A stretch of 64,000 nt of DNA from Cyanobacteria bacterium auto_48_18 (GCA_036170915.1 JAVHQC010000022.1:191420-255419), one strand, 5' to 3'. Shown: positions 39,981 to 50,571, counted from the stretch's first letter. The notes: generated from the sequence alone by a model not told the origin. A program made the numbers and translations.

Positions 39981-41377
39981 TGAGCGATACCATCGCGATA
40001 ATTTCTCAATGCCACCGCGCGGGCGAGAAAACGCACATAGGCACCTTGATATTCGCTGTCCGAGCGCGCCTTCAGCCTGACGTCTGCTTCAAAAGCATCA
40101 CCGGTTTTGACACTGAGTTTCCAGCGGTTCATATATTCTTTGCGATCATCAGGATGCATAAAAAGGGCAAAATCAAGACCAACACGGTGTTCACGCGTGG
40201 TGCCACTAAATTCGTACCAGCGGTTGCTGAAGAAATCCAGGCGACCGTCATTGCCTGCTGTCCAAACTATTTGTGGAATTTGATCTGCTAAAGATTGGAA
40301 GGCGTGCGCGCTTTCCAGTACTTCTTCCATCAGACGCTTACGCCTATCGATATCAGTGGCGGTGCCAATCCATAATTTTTTTGCCGTCAACCAGTGATTA
40401 AGATCGCCGGCATTTTCTACTGTGATTTTAAGCAGGCCTTCAACCTGACCAGGCAGTGGTTTGACTAAAGGTAATGCACGCACAATGTGCCAGTAATATT
40501 CGCCGTCCGCCGCCAGTAAACGAAATTCGCCGCTGAACGAATTGCCACTTTCGGCAGCCTCTTGCCACGTTTTATCCCATTTGGCAAGGTCGCCTTCGTG
40601 CAAAGATTCGCGCCAGGCAAAACCTTCATCGTTCTCCGGCTTTGCGCCGGTGAGCTCGTAAAAACGTTTGTTGAACTGGCGCATGCGCGCCTGGCCATTA
40701 CCGGCAAAAACAATATGCGGCATCTCCTGCACCAGGGCAGAAAAAAGTACTTGCCGTTGTTTCAATTCAACTTCAAGCAACTTTATATCTTGCAGATCTA
40801 GCAGAAATACCATGCGCTCGCCAGAGCCTTCCGCTAGTTTGCGCAAAGTTACGCCCACTGCCAGGCGTTTACCATCGGCCGTACTGCGCTCACTTTCCCA
40901 AACATTGGAAATCAGGCTGGTGTTGAGATCCTTGAGACGCTCGGCATCAATACTCGAAAACTGTCGTGGCGTGATTTGCGCTTCGCTAATAGCGCCGCTG
41001 AGAAAATCTTGGCGATCATAGCCAAGAAGATCAGCGAGGGCTTGATTGGCATAAACAATCTGGCCTTCAGCGCTTACCTTATATGTGGGAACGAGCGTAT
41101 CTTCAATGAAATATTCAATGCGCGACTCTGCTTCCATCAAGACCATGCGGCGGTGGTCCACCAGGCTCATGTCAAGTTTGGCGCGATGGTTTGGATGCTG
41201 GCGCTGAAAATTGAGCTTCTCAAGGGAGTGTTTCAGCAACAACTCCTTTTCTTGCAAGCGTAAGGCTTTAAGCTGTCCAGCCAAATCGCCACCAGTGGTG
41301 CGTTCTTGATTGAAGCGCTCCACTTGGGGGTCGTCTGAATTTAAACAGTTCTTGCCATTTGCCATTCGTTGGAGCAT
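39950..41377 (-). CDS. Triple-PAS protein without output domain
   Basis: YANQALADLLGY; MPHIVF...WIGTATDID; IPQIVW...MHPDD...WVGTWTSID stop. Confidence 0.85.
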   Translation of the reverse strand: MLQRMANGKNCLNSDDPQVERFNQERTTGGDLAGQLKALRLQEKELLLKHSLEKLNFQRQHPNHRAKLDMSLVDHRRMVLMEAESRIEYFIEDTLVPTYKVSAEGQIVYANQALADLLGYDRQDFLSGAISEAQITPRQFSSIDAERLKDLNTSLISNVWESERSTADGKRLAVGVTLRKLAEGSGERMVFLLDLQDIKLLEVELKQRQVLFSALVQEMPHIVFAGNGQARMRQFNKRFYELTGAKPENDEGFAWRESLHEGDLAKWDKTWQEAAESGNSFSGEFRLLAADGEYYWHIVRALPLVKPLPGQVEGLLKITVENAGDLNHWLTAKKLWIGTATDIDRRKRLMEEVLESAHAFQSLADQIPQIVWTAGNDGRLDFFSNRWYEFSGTTREHRVGLDFALFMHPDDRKEYMNRWKLSVKTGDAFEADVRLKARSDSEYQGAYVRFLARAVALRNYRDGIAQWVGTWTSID

Positions 41378-41587
41378 ATCATAATCGGCCGGTACCTCTT
41401 AGCAACCTTTATCTTCTTTAAATGCAGTGTAAAGGTGAAGTAAAGTTGCGAATTCATGGTTTTAATAACTACATTCCTGCGTTCCGCCCGCTTTCCGGCA
41501 TATTCTTAAAAATGGAACAAAGGCAGCCGAGTCTGGTCATAAATGCAGAACGGTTACTAACCAGCCCTGGGCAAAGGAGATATGACC

Positions 41588-42049
41588 ATGAAAGGTCTAA
41601 TGTTCGTCGGATTATTTGGTTTTTTAGCTGGGGTACTTTTTGCCCCTAAAAAAGGCTCAGAATTGCGCAGTCAGATGCGTGAGAAATGGGACCTCCTGCA
41701 ATATTCAGCTGAAGAAAAAGGCAAGGAAGTCTGGGAAGTCGTCAAACCAGCCGCCGAGCAAGTTAAGGCAGAAGGCTCCACGTTGAAGTCTGAGGGCAAA
41801 GCATTGCTCAGAGACGCTGGAGAGTTTCTCGATAAATCTCTTTCTGCAGGCAAACAAACACTGGGCGAATCACAAAATCGCGTCAGCGAGAAAGTTGCAC
41901 CAGTAGTAACTTTGATTAAAGAAGACGTCAAAGAATTGAGCGACGGCGCCACAGACGCTGTGGGCAAAGTTGGCGAAAAATTTGACGAGTTGAAGAAAAA
42001 AGGCACCAGCGCTTTTGATTCATTACAGAAGAAAGAAGCTAACAGCTAA
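41588..42049 (+). CDS. YtxH-like protein
   Basis: GFLAGVLFAPKKGSELR signature; AAGGAG SD 8 nt before ATG 41588. Confidence 0.85.
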   Translation: MKGLMFVGLFGFLAGVLFAPKKGSELRSQMREKWDLLQYSAEEKGKEVWEVVKPAAEQVKAEGSTLKSEGKALLRDAGEFLDKSLSAGKQTLGESQNRVSEKVAPVVTLIKEDVKELSDGATDAVGKVGEKFDELKKKGTSAFDSLQKKEANS

Positions 42050-42085
42050 TTCGCTTAAGGCGACTTGAGCATGTCAGATATATTG

Positions 42086-42119
42086 AGAGAGCATCGGTTT
42101 TACCAGTGCTCTCTTTTTT
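42086..42119 (+). terminator. Intrinsic terminator
   Basis: agagagca...tgctctcttttttt. Confidence 0.6.
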
Positions 42120-42165
42120 CTGTCATCAATTCTCAAAAAAATACGTTCGAACTTTCTTTTTTCAG

Positions 42166-43716
42166 CTACCAGTCTTCCTGACTCTTGTGTTCAACGGTTT
42201 TTTCCAGGCGTGAAACTATTTTGCGCAAACCGTGAGATTTGTGGGAAGACAGTTTTTCTGCCATTTTTCCTGATGCCAGCGCCACTTTTACCACTGACAA
42301 TTTGGGCCGGGTAAACAATAACTTGAGGCCGAGGCCGGTGCGATAGCGCAACGATAAGTTTTCGCCGAAAGCATGCAGGTGACCGTGATAGCCTCGCACA
42401 AACTGTACTACGTCTGCGGCCAGTTGTTCTGCTGGGTGCTTATAGATGGGCTCTGAACACCTGCGCGAGTGCTTTTTCATCGTCTGCTCATAAGATCTCA
42501 AAGCCTCGTCGGCAATAATGTCGCAGGCATATTTTTCGAGTGCCTCCTTGCGAGCGGCCTCAGCCATAGACAAACGTTGGCTATCGTTTTGCAAAAGGGC
42601 GATAATCGCTTCTGCCAGGGCAATGCTATTGGCTTTTTCCACATGCAAACCGGTTTGATTGTGCTTGATATATTCAGGAGTACCTCCTGCTGTACTGCCC
42701 ACTACAGGCTTGCCTGAAGCAAGAGCTTCCAGCACCGTATATGGTGCATTGTCAAAGAGCGATGGCACTACACAAACATCAGCGGCCCGATAATATTCGG
42801 GCATCTCATTAAGCGGCAAATGACTGGCAAAAAAGACTTTGCTTGTGCAGTCGCTTTTTGCCAGAATTTGCTTTAGTGATTTGAGCACCGACGACTTGCC
42901 AGCACCTGTATTGGTGTCGGCGCCCACAATAACAAAACGCGCTTCCGGCACCGCTTTTACTATTTGCGGCACTGCCTCAATTAAATACTGTATGCCTTTG
43001 CGTGCTTCCAAGCGTCCGGCAAAATAGATAATCTTAAAATCAGTATCTGATTTTGATTTTTTCTCAAAAGGTAAAGCGGCTTTTTTTCCTTCAGGCGAAA
43101 ATTTTTCAGTGTCCACCGGGTTGCGCACAATTTCGATGGCGCTTAATTTGACCCCGGTTTCAGCGGCGACGAACTCGGCTAGATTGACACTGGGAGACGA
43201 TAGCAGGTCGGCTTCTGACATGGCCAGGCGCTCGAGGGTTGAGACAATATAGCTATCAAAATCTTTTTTGATATTGTGATAACCCTCAGCTACAAATTTA
43301 GCATAAGGGGTATGCAGTCGCACCACCAGCGGTGCGACTCTCGTAAGCGCTATAAAGATGCCTTCGGCCAGATGATCTGGTGCTTCCACAACTTCGAAGG
43401 GCTCCGCTCGGTGCAATTGCAGAAATTTTTTCCACATAGGCAGAGCCGCGCGCAATAAGTGATGGGTATTAGGTTGAGTGACATTGAGCAGTGCCGCCAG
43501 TTTAATTTCATTGGCCCAGACGACGCGGTGCACGTGCACGCCACCGTCTATAACTGCTTGAGGATTTATGCCCTCTACATCTTTCTTTGTCAGGCAGACA
43601 ACGTGCACGTCGTGGCCTGAGCGAGCCAGTGCGCGGCTAAGCTGATAAGTATAGGCGCCAATACCGCCCCATCCTGTATCAGGTGGATACTCGCGGGAGA
43701 TGAAACAAATTCTCAT
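42166..43716 (-). CDS. Glycosyltransferase family 4
   Basis: EYPP..GGIG, FAGRLEARKG, PSLFDNAPYTVLEALASG. Confidence 0.92.
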   Translation of the reverse strand: MRICFISREYPPDTGWGGIGAYTYQLSRALARSGHDVHVVCLTKKDVEGINPQAVIDGGVHVHRVVWANEIKLAALLNVTQPNTHHLLRAALPMWKKFLQLHRAEPFEVVEAPDHLAEGIFIALTRVAPLVVRLHTPYAKFVAEGYHNIKKDFDSYIVSTLERLAMSEADLLSSPSVNLAEFVAAETGVKLSAIEIVRNPVDTEKFSPEGKKAALPFEKKSKSDTDFKIIYFAGRLEARKGIQYLIEAVPQIVKAVPEARFVIVGADTNTGAGKSSVLKSLKQILAKSDCTSKVFFASHLPLNEMPEYYRAADVCVVPSLFDNAPYTVLEALASGKPVVGSTAGGTPEYIKHNQTGLHVEKANSIALAEAIIALLQNDSQRLSMAEAARKEALEKYACDIIADEALRSYEQTMKKHSRRCSEPIYKHPAEQLAADVVQFVRGYHGHLHAFGENLSLRYRTGLGLKLLFTRPKLSVVKVALASGKMAEKLSSHKSHGLRKIVSRLEKTVEHKSQEDW

Positions 43717-43732
43717 TTAAACCTGTTTCTGA

Positions 43733-44293
43733 CTAACCTTTTTTGATCGTCCAGAAATCTTCGCCGAGGATATCCCAGGGCAATCTTCTTTCATCAGGCT
43801 CGTTGGCATCGAAACACTGATTGACGAAATAAATCATGTTGGCTGGATTCTGGAAAACGTTTGCCAGGCCGTGTGCTACTCCGCGTGGAATATAAAGGGC
43901 CTGTGCTCGACCAGAGCCGAGGACGAAGCGCATGCTTTTGTTGTATGTAGGCGAATCTTTGCGAGCGTCAAATAGACCAATTAGCAGGCGGTCGTAAGGC
44001 ATGACAAACCAGACATCTTCCTGGTTGTAGTGCAGGTGGAAGGCTTTGATTGTGCCGGGAAGCATTTGTGAATAAGTAGTTTGCTTGACTTTGAACTCAG
44101 GCAAAATCTGCAAGCAGCCTTGATCGTCAAAGCGCAATATTTCTGCCAGCGACCCACCGTCGTCGTAGAACATATTGAGATTGATAATCTGTACGCCATC
44201 AATGACGACTTTTTTCGAATAGTCTTGAACTGAAAGTTCTTTTTTGTATTCGGTGCCGATCGCTTCTTGTGATAGTGGTTTCAACATAATCAT
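43733..44293 (-). CDS. rfbC: dTDP-4-dehydrorhamnose 3,5-epimerase family
   Basis: DDGG, KAFHLH, DARKDSPT, IPRGVAHG; in rfb cluster. Confidence 0.8.
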   Translation of the reverse strand: MIMLKPLSQEAIGTEYKKELSVQDYSKKVVIDGVQIINLNMFYDDGGSLAEILRFDDQGCLQILPEFKVKQTTYSQMLPGTIKAFHLHYNQEDVWFVMPYDRLLIGLFDARKDSPTYNKSMRFVLGSGRAQALYIPRGVAHGLANVFQNPANMIYFVNQCFDANEPDERRLPWDILGEDFWTIKKG

Positions 44294-44378
44294 TGCTTTG
44301 ATGCCTGAAGGAAGTGTCGAGTCTCAGTCAATATAGACGCTGTAAGAATACCAGATTGCTGGCAAAAGTGGCTTCCTC

Positions 44379-45266
44379 TCAGGCTGGGGCCTTAACAGCC
44401 TTAAGCCTCAGATATTCCTCTAAGGCAACTTGCCACGGTGTTAGCGGGCGTGCCAGTACGTTTACCAGGTCTGTTTTATCGAGCACAGAGTAGGCTGGTC
44501 TCGGTGCCGGTCTTGGCATGTCTTTTGTTTCAATAGGCAGAACTGTAATTTTTTTGCCATGAAATTCGAGGCCCTTAACAATTTCTCGTGCAAAATCAAA
44601 CCAGCTAGTGACGCCATCGTCTGTGGCGTGGTAGACGCCGAACTTTCCAGTTTCAATTAAGTCGGCAATCACTTCTGAAAAAGTCAGAGTACTGGTGGGT
44701 GAGCCCACCTGGTCGGCCACCACCGATAATTCGCCGCGTTCCTGGGCTAATTTGTAAATGGTATCGACAAAGTTGCGCCCGTGAGGGCCGTAGAGCCAAC
44801 TGGTGCGCACAATATAGTGTTGAGGGCAATGTTGCTGCACCGCCAGCTCGCCGGCTAATTTTGATTTGCCGTATTGCGAGAGTGGCGAAGTTTCATCTGT
44901 GGGCAAGTAAGGTCTTGACTGAGTGCCGTCAAAAACATAATCGGTGCTGACATAGAGCATAGGAATTTGCAATTTCCCTGCTGCAATGGCTACGTTTTCG
45001 CTGCCGGTGTAATTAACGAGAAACGCTTTTTCGGGCTCGCTTTCGGCCAGATCTACTTGTGTATAGGCCGCGCAGTGAATAACCAGGTCAGGACACACTG
45101 AGTTCATCACTTTATCGACTTGTTCAAAGTCAGTAACGTCAAGCTCACCCTTGCTTAAGGCCACCACGTCATGACCACGGTCACGCAACCGGGGGCTCAA
45201 TGTTTGCTCGAGCATGCCACCGCCCCCGGTGACCAGCAGTTTCATCTTTTTGCCGGTAGCTGCCAT
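44379..45266 (-). CDS. rfbD: dTDP-4-dehydrorhamnose reductase
   Basis: HCAAYT.VD.AE, STDYVFDG, YGKSK, DQVGSPT, RP.YS. Confidence 0.93.
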   Translation of the reverse strand: MAATGKKMKLLVTGGGGMLEQTLSPRLRDRGHDVVALSKGELDVTDFEQVDKVMNSVCPDLVIHCAAYTQVDLAESEPEKAFLVNYTGSENVAIAAGKLQIPMLYVSTDYVFDGTQSRPYLPTDETSPLSQYGKSKLAGELAVQQHCPQHYIVRTSWLYGPHGRNFVDTIYKLAQERGELSVVADQVGSPTSTLTFSEVIADLIETGKFGVYHATDDGVTSWFDFAREIVKGLEFHGKKITVLPIETKDMPRPAPRPAYSVLDKTDLVNVLARPLTPWQVALEEYLRLKAVKAPA

Positions 45267-45291
45267 TCTTTAATTCCTGCTGAGAAGTGAA

Positions 45292-46362
45292 TTAGTGTGT
45301 TTTCGCAGCTACAAGTTCTTTAGCGGCGGTTTTGGCCGTATGCGGCTTGGTTACTGCTTCTACCCAGCCCGGGTTGCTTGTATACCACTTCAATGTTTCA
45401 TGAATGCCGGTTTCAAATGTATGTTTTGGTTTCCAGCCGAGTTCGCGTTGAATTTTGCTTGAATCAATGGCGTAACGCTTGTCGTGACCAAGTCTGTCTT
45501 GCACATAATTGATCATCTCTTCACCTTTACCCAGTTCTTTTAAAACCAGTTTGGTGATTTGCATATTGGTGCGCTCGTTGCTGCCGCCTACGTTGTAGAC
45601 TTCGCCGGGTACTCCTTTGTGGAATGCCAGATCAATGGCGGTGCAGTGATCTTCTACATGCAGCCAATCGCGCACGTTGAGACCGTCTCCGTAAACCGGT
45701 ACTTTTTGGCCCTTGAGCAAATTAGTGATGAAGAGTGGTATCAATTTTTCAGGATGCTGATAGGGACCATAGTTATTAGAGCAGCGAGTGATCACTACTG
45801 GCATACCAAAAGTATGGAAGTATGCGCGGCAGAAAAGATCGCCGCCGGCTTTGCTTGATGAATAGGGGCTATTTGGTGCCAGTGGTGTCTCTTCGGTGAA
45901 GAGCCCTGTTGGTCCTAATGAGCCGTAAACTTCGTCGGTAGAAACCTGAGTGTAGCGAATGGTGTAGTCTTCAGGCTTGTAGGGCATCTGGGCGCCTTCC
46001 TTGCGACCAAATTTGAGAGCAGACTCGAGCAAGACCTGAGTGCCCAGTGTGTTTGATTTTACAAACACTGATGAATCGGTAATGGAGCGGTCTACGTGAC
46101 TTTCCGCAGCCAGGTTGATAATGCCGTCAATGGCGCCGAATTTTTTGCCTGAAACTATTTCGTCTACCAGCACGGCGTCTTCTACTCTACCCACCACCAG
46201 TTTGTAGCGAGGATTGGCGTCGACGTCGGCAAGATTTTCTTTGTGACCGGCATAGGTTTCAGCATCAAGATTGATGATTTCGTAGTCAGGATAAGCACTG
46301 AGCAAATGGCGCACAAGATTGCTGCCAATAAAACCTAACCCGCCAGTAATGAGCAGTCGCAT
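45292..46362 (-). CDS. rfbB: dTDP-glucose 4,6-dehydratase
   Basis: TGGLGFIG, AAESHVDRSI, STDEVYG, YSSSK, RCSNNYGP. Confidence 0.96.
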   Translation of the reverse strand: MRLLITGGLGFIGSNLVRHLLSAYPDYEIINLDAETYAGHKENLADVDANPRYKLVVGRVEDAVLVDEIVSGKKFGAIDGIINLAAESHVDRSITDSSVFVKSNTLGTQVLLESALKFGRKEGAQMPYKPEDYTIRYTQVSTDEVYGSLGPTGLFTEETPLAPNSPYSSSKAGGDLFCRAYFHTFGMPVVITRCSNNYGPYQHPEKLIPLFITNLLKGQKVPVYGDGLNVRDWLHVEDHCTAIDLAFHKGVPGEVYNVGGSNERTNMQITKLVLKELGKGEEMINYVQDRLGHDKRYAIDSSKIQRELGWKPKHTFETGIHETLKWYTSNPGWVEAVTKPHTAKTAAKELVAAKTH

Positions 46363-46495
46363 AGAAAAATTCCTCGATCATGACTAACCGACTAGATTTT
46401 CCCTCTCCAGGCCGTGCTTGATCAACCCAACCGCATTCATATAAGGGGTTGCGCGTATGAATATTGTTTTATCTAGAGGTCAAAATCGAGCCGAG

Positions 46496-47569
46496 TTAAA
46501 CGACTTCTACTTTAGAGTCGTCTCCAAGCATCAGGCGAAATGCCTGCGGCCGGCCAGTCGAACGTGTTAATTCAACTGATACTCCAATCAGGCTGTCGCA
46601 AATGCGGCCATGAAAATCTAGTATCTGAGCCTTTTCACGCAGAATGCTATGTTCAATTTCGGCATGGCTCACTCGGGCGCCGTCACCAATTGATGTAAAC
46701 GGACCCACGTATGTGCTCTCCAGCAGGCAGTCTTCGCCTATCACCGCTGGCCCGCGCACAATACAATTAATCAGTTTACTGCCCTTGCCCACATGTACGC
46801 GGCCCGAAATGCGGCTGGCATCGTCAATTTCACCGTCCATAGAGACATCAGTCATTTCGTCTAAAACCACCCGGTTGGCTTCGAGCATGTCATCTTTTTT
46901 ACCGGTATCTAGCCACCAGCTTTTCAAAATGTGGCTGTCTACGCGGTGTCCGGTGTTAATTAGTTGTTGAATGGCGTCGGTAATTTCTAACTCGCCGCGT
47001 TTGCTGGGTTTGATTTGATCAATGGCAGTGTGAATTTTGGGTGTGAATAAATAGACACCAACCAGGGCCAGGTTCGATTTTGGCTTAGCCGGCTTCTCTT
47101 CCAGACCACTGATGGCGCCATCTTTGTCTAAGAGTGCCACACCAAAAGCACTGGGATTCGGCACTTCTTTAAGCAGGATAAACGCGTCAGGACCTTCGTC
47201 TTCAAAGCGTTTAACCAGTGGACCAACGCCGTCTTTAATCAGGTTATCACCCAGATACATGACAAATGGTGCGTCGCCGAGGAAGGGCCTGCCGGTCTTG
47301 ACCGCATGGGCCAGACCAAGTGGCTGGTCTTGCAAGATATACTCAATGCGTATATTCCATCTGCTGCCGTCGCCCACGCACTCTTCAACGTCTTTACCGG
47401 TCTCAGGGCTGACGATGATGCCTATTTCACTAATTCCGGCGTCAATGAGCGCCTCAACCGCATAAAAGAGAATCGGTTTGTTTGCCACTGGCAAAAGCTG
47501 TTTGGCCGCAGTATGGGTGATTGGCCGCATGCGTGTGCCTTTGCCGCCACTGAGAATTAAACCTTTCAT
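46496..47569 (-). CDS. rfbA: Glucose-1-phosphate thymidylyltransferase (long form)
   Basis: GGKGTRMRP.T...AKQL, LGDN, RGELEITD, WLDTG, left-handed beta-helix tail; start 47569 or 47578. Confidence 0.94.
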   Translation of the reverse strand: MKGLILSGGKGTRMRPITHTAAKQLLPVANKPILFYAVEALIDAGISEIGIIVSPETGKDVEECVGDGSRWNIRIEYILQDQPLGLAHAVKTGRPFLGDAPFVMYLGDNLIKDGVGPLVKRFEDEGPDAFILLKEVPNPSAFGVALLDKDGAISGLEEKPAKPKSNLALVGVYLFTPKIHTAIDQIKPSKRGELEITDAIQQLINTGHRVDSHILKSWWLDTGKKDDMLEANRVVLDEMTDVSMDGEIDDASRISGRVHVGKGSKLINCIVRGPAVIGEDCLLESTYVGPFTSIGDGARVSHAEIEHSILREKAQILDFHGRICDSLIGVSVELTRSTGRPQAFRLMLGDDSKVEVV

Positions 47570-47606
47570 ACTGTGCATCCTCTTTTATTGTTCATCTAAA
47601 ACTTAG

Positions 47607-48170
47607 CTAGTAAGCCCCGCGCTTGCTGAACACGGCCTTAAAGGTGAGGGCGATGATGCGCCAGTCAAGCCAATAACTCCAGTTTTCGCAATACCACTGG
47701 TCGGCAGCTACTTTGACATCATCGGGCAGCTCATCGCGGCCGTTGACCTGGGCCCAGCCTGTGATACCCGGCGGAAACTCGAGTACACCGCTGACTTCTC
47801 TTTTGGCAGTGAGGTCGGTTTGATTATACAGAGCGGGCCGAGGGCCCACTAAACTCATCTGGCCAACTAGAACATTAACCAGTTGTGGAAGTTCATCCAG
47901 ACTGGTTCTTCGCAAAAATTTGCCCACCCTGGTAATTGGGCTGGGGAGAAGAAGCATCTGGTCTGTAGGTAGGTCTGGAGTGCCTGTGGCCATGGTGCGA
48001 AATTTATAAATTTCAAACAATTGGCCGTCTTTGCCCACGCGCTTTTGTTTGAAGATAATCGGACCACGGCTATCTAATTTGATTGCCACAGCGATAGCAA
48101 TCAACACCACTGAGCCTGCCAACAGGGCAGACAAGGCAAGAATAAAATCGGTAATTCTCTTGGCAATCAA
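47607..48170 (-). CDS. Bacterial sugar transferase (priming phosphoglycosyl transferase)
   Basis: KFRTM, SLDELPQL.NVL.G.MSLVGPRP, PGITGWAQVNGR. Confidence 0.93.
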   Translation of the reverse strand: MIAKRITDFILALSALLAGSVVLIAIAVAIKLDSRGPIIFKQKRVGKDGQLFEIYKFRTMATGTPDLPTDQMLLLPSPITRVGKFLRRTSLDELPQLVNVLVGQMSLVGPRPALYNQTDLTAKREVSGVLEFPPGITGWAQVNGRDELPDDVKVAADQWYCENWSYWLDWRIIALTFKAVFSKRGAY

Positions 48171-48229
48171 TTTCTTAGTAAGACCTTTTCAGCACTCATT
48201 TTAAAGCAAATAAGTCCTAGAATTGGCTC

Positions 48230-49114
48230 ATGCTTTTATCTGTAATTGTTGTCAGCTGGAATACCAAAGATCTTTTGCGTGCGTGCCTCTCGTCTTTGCA
48301 AAGTGAACTCAAAACGCTTTGTCCCGAGCAAGATTGCGAGGTGTTTCTTGTTGACAACAATTCGGCTGACGGATCGGCACAAATGGCCGCGGCCGAATTT
48401 CCCTGGGTGAGACTCACAGCCAACAGCGACAATAAAGGTTTTGCAGCCGCCAATAATCAGGCTCTCGCTCATGCCACCGGCGACTTTGTTTTGCTGCTTA
48501 ATCCTGATACTGAAGTAAAACCAGGCGCACTTCGCATCTTGATTGATTTTTTCTCAACCCATGCCAAAGCCGGCGTGGTAGCACCGCAGCTGCTTAACAC
48601 CGATGGCTCCATTCAGCGGTCATGCCGAGCTTTTCCTTCATTTATAGGTATGGTTTTCGAACTGGTTGGCCTCAGTCGCATGTTTCCTGCTGGTTCTAAA
48701 TATGGTGCAAAATTTCGCGAGTATAAAATGCTTGACTGGCAACATGATGATGAGCGTCAAGTCGACCAGCCAGAAGGCGCCTGCCTCATGATCAAGCGTC
48801 AGTTGCTTGATCAAATCGGTACATTAGACGAAGGTTACTGGATGCTTTTCGAAGAAGTCGACTGGTGTTTTAGAGCGAAAAAGGCTGGCTGGGAAATCTG
48901 GTTTACCCCTGCCGCTCAAGTGGTGCATCACTATGGCCAGTCGATTAAGCAAGTCAAAGTTCGTATGATACTCTCGTCGCACCGTGGCCTTTACCGTTTT
49001 TGGTTCAAGCACTATCGCGGTAATCGCTGGTGGCTTGATGGTATCGCCTATGGTGGTCTAATGGCTCTTGCTTATTTACGCATCGGCATGTATAAGTTGC
49101 GGGCTCTTCTATGA
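48230..49114 (+). CDS. Glycosyltransferase family 2 (WbbL-like rhamnosyltransferase)
   Basis: VVSWN, VDNNSADGS, GFAAANN, LLNPD, FEEVDWC. Confidence 0.88.
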   Translation: MLLSVIVVSWNTKDLLRACLSSLQSELKTLCPEQDCEVFLVDNNSADGSAQMAAAEFPWVRLTANSDNKGFAAANNQALAHATGDFVLLLNPDTEVKPGALRILIDFFSTHAKAGVVAPQLLNTDGSIQRSCRAFPSFIGMVFELVGLSRMFPAGSKYGAKFREYKMLDWQHDDERQVDQPEGACLMIKRQLLDQIGTLDEGYWMLFEEVDWCFRAKKAGWEIWFTPAAQVVHHYGQSIKQVKVRMILSSHRGLYRFWFKHYRGNRWWLDGIAYGGLMALAYLRIGMYKLRALL

Positions 49115-50571
49115 TATTCACCAGCCTCGAATATATTCTCTTCCTCCCCATTGTTGTGGCACTCTTCTGGCTTTTGCCCAAGTTTTGCCGGCTGCCTATG
49201 CTGCTTGTGGCCAGCTATTACTTTTACATGAGTTTCATTCCGCAGTTTATTTTATTGATACTACCTATGACTCTAGCCAATTGGCTCTGGGGCAAGGTAA
49301 TGGCCCGTGACCACACCAATAAGCGGAATTTAGCCATTGGTATCACTGCTAATTTAGTGGTGTTGGCCATATTTAAGTACGCCAACTTTTTTGCTGATTC
49401 TTTTGAGCGAGTGGCAAAAGTAGCTAGCGGCAAAGATCTTTTCAATTTTGATTTGCATATCATTTTGCCTCTGGGTATTTCATTTTTTACTTTTGAATTT
49501 ATCCACTATCTTTTCGAAATTTATCGGGGCAAAAAACCGATTGATTCTTTTGTTGTTTTTGCTCTTTTTGCGGCTTTCTTTCCCACCCAAATTGCCGGCC
49601 CAATCAAGCGCTATCCTGACTTTCTCGAGCAGATGAAAGCCGACAATAAAATTCAGCTTTCTTATTTTGATGAAGGCATTCCACTGATTATTATTGGTAT
49701 GGCCAAAAAATTATTGTTGGCCGACAATCTTGCCGTTTTCGTGCAAATGGGCGTTAGCAGCCCTTATAACTATAGTGGCTTAGAGTTGTGGCTCTTTGCC
49801 TATGCCTTTGCTTTTCAAATTTACTTTGATTTTTCCGGTTATACCGATATCGGCCGCGGCTCGGCCATGCTTTTCGGCTATCACATACCGATTAATTTCA
49901 ATATGCCTTATATTGCCTCAAACATTTCAGATTTTTGGCGCAGGTGGCATGTCTCGCTTTCTACCTGGCTGCGCGACTATCTTTTCATTCCTCTAGGTGG
50001 GTCGAGAGCCTCACACTGGATGGTTAATCGCAATCTTTTCCTCACCATGGCGCTTGGTGGTTTGTGGCATGGTGCCGCCTGGAATTTTGTTGTCTGGGGC
50101 ATTTATCACGGCCTGGCTTTAATCGCCCACAGGGAATTTTCAATGTGGAAAGAAGCCACCTCACCGGTTAAAGCTTTCCTTGCCAGGCCAGGTGTGGCAA
50201 CGTGCTTTCATTATTTCTCTCTCTTTCTCACTTTTCAAACCGTCTGTATCGGCTGGGTCTTCTTCCGTATGCAAGACATTGGTTTAGCCTGGGTGATGAT
50301 TCGTCGTATGCTCACTTTGAAGCCCCTTTACAGTCTAGCTGACCATCAATTTTTGGTGATGAAACCAGAACTACCGGTGGTGGTGCCCGTGGTGATTATT
50401 ATGGTGGCGGTGCTTTTGCTTGCTAATTTGCCCATTTCAGCGCTAAACGAGAAAAAAGTTTTTCAAAACCTTCCGGCCTTTGTTAAAGCGGCTTACTGCG
50501 CCATTTTGATTTTGACAATGATAATTTTTCTGCCAGATACTTCGCAGCCTTTTATCTATTTCCAGTTTTAG
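49111..50571 (+). CDS. MBOAT O-acyltransferase (AlgI/DltB-like)
   Basis: LPLGISFFTF, AGPI, YFDFSGYTD, FWRRWHVSLS.WLRDY, GLWHGA. Confidence 0.93.
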   Translation: MIFTSLEYILFLPIVVALFWLLPKFCRLPMLLVASYYFYMSFIPQFILLILPMTLANWLWGKVMARDHTNKRNLAIGITANLVVLAIFKYANFFADSFERVAKVASGKDLFNFDLHIILPLGISFFTFEFIHYLFEIYRGKKPIDSFVVFALFAAFFPTQIAGPIKRYPDFLEQMKADNKIQLSYFDEGIPLIIIGMAKKLLLADNLAVFVQMGVSSPYNYSGLELWLFAYAFAFQIYFDFSGYTDIGRGSAMLFGYHIPINFNMPYIASNISDFWRRWHVSLSTWLRDYLFIPLGGSRASHWMVNRNLFLTMALGGLWHGAAWNFVVWGIYHGLALIAHREFSMWKEATSPVKAFLARPGVATCFHYFSLFLTFQTVCIGWVFFRMQDIGLAWVMIRRMLTLKPLYSLADHQFLVMKPELPVVVPVVIIMVAVLLLANLPISALNEKKVFQNLPAFVKAAYCAILILTMIIFLPDTSQPFIYFQF

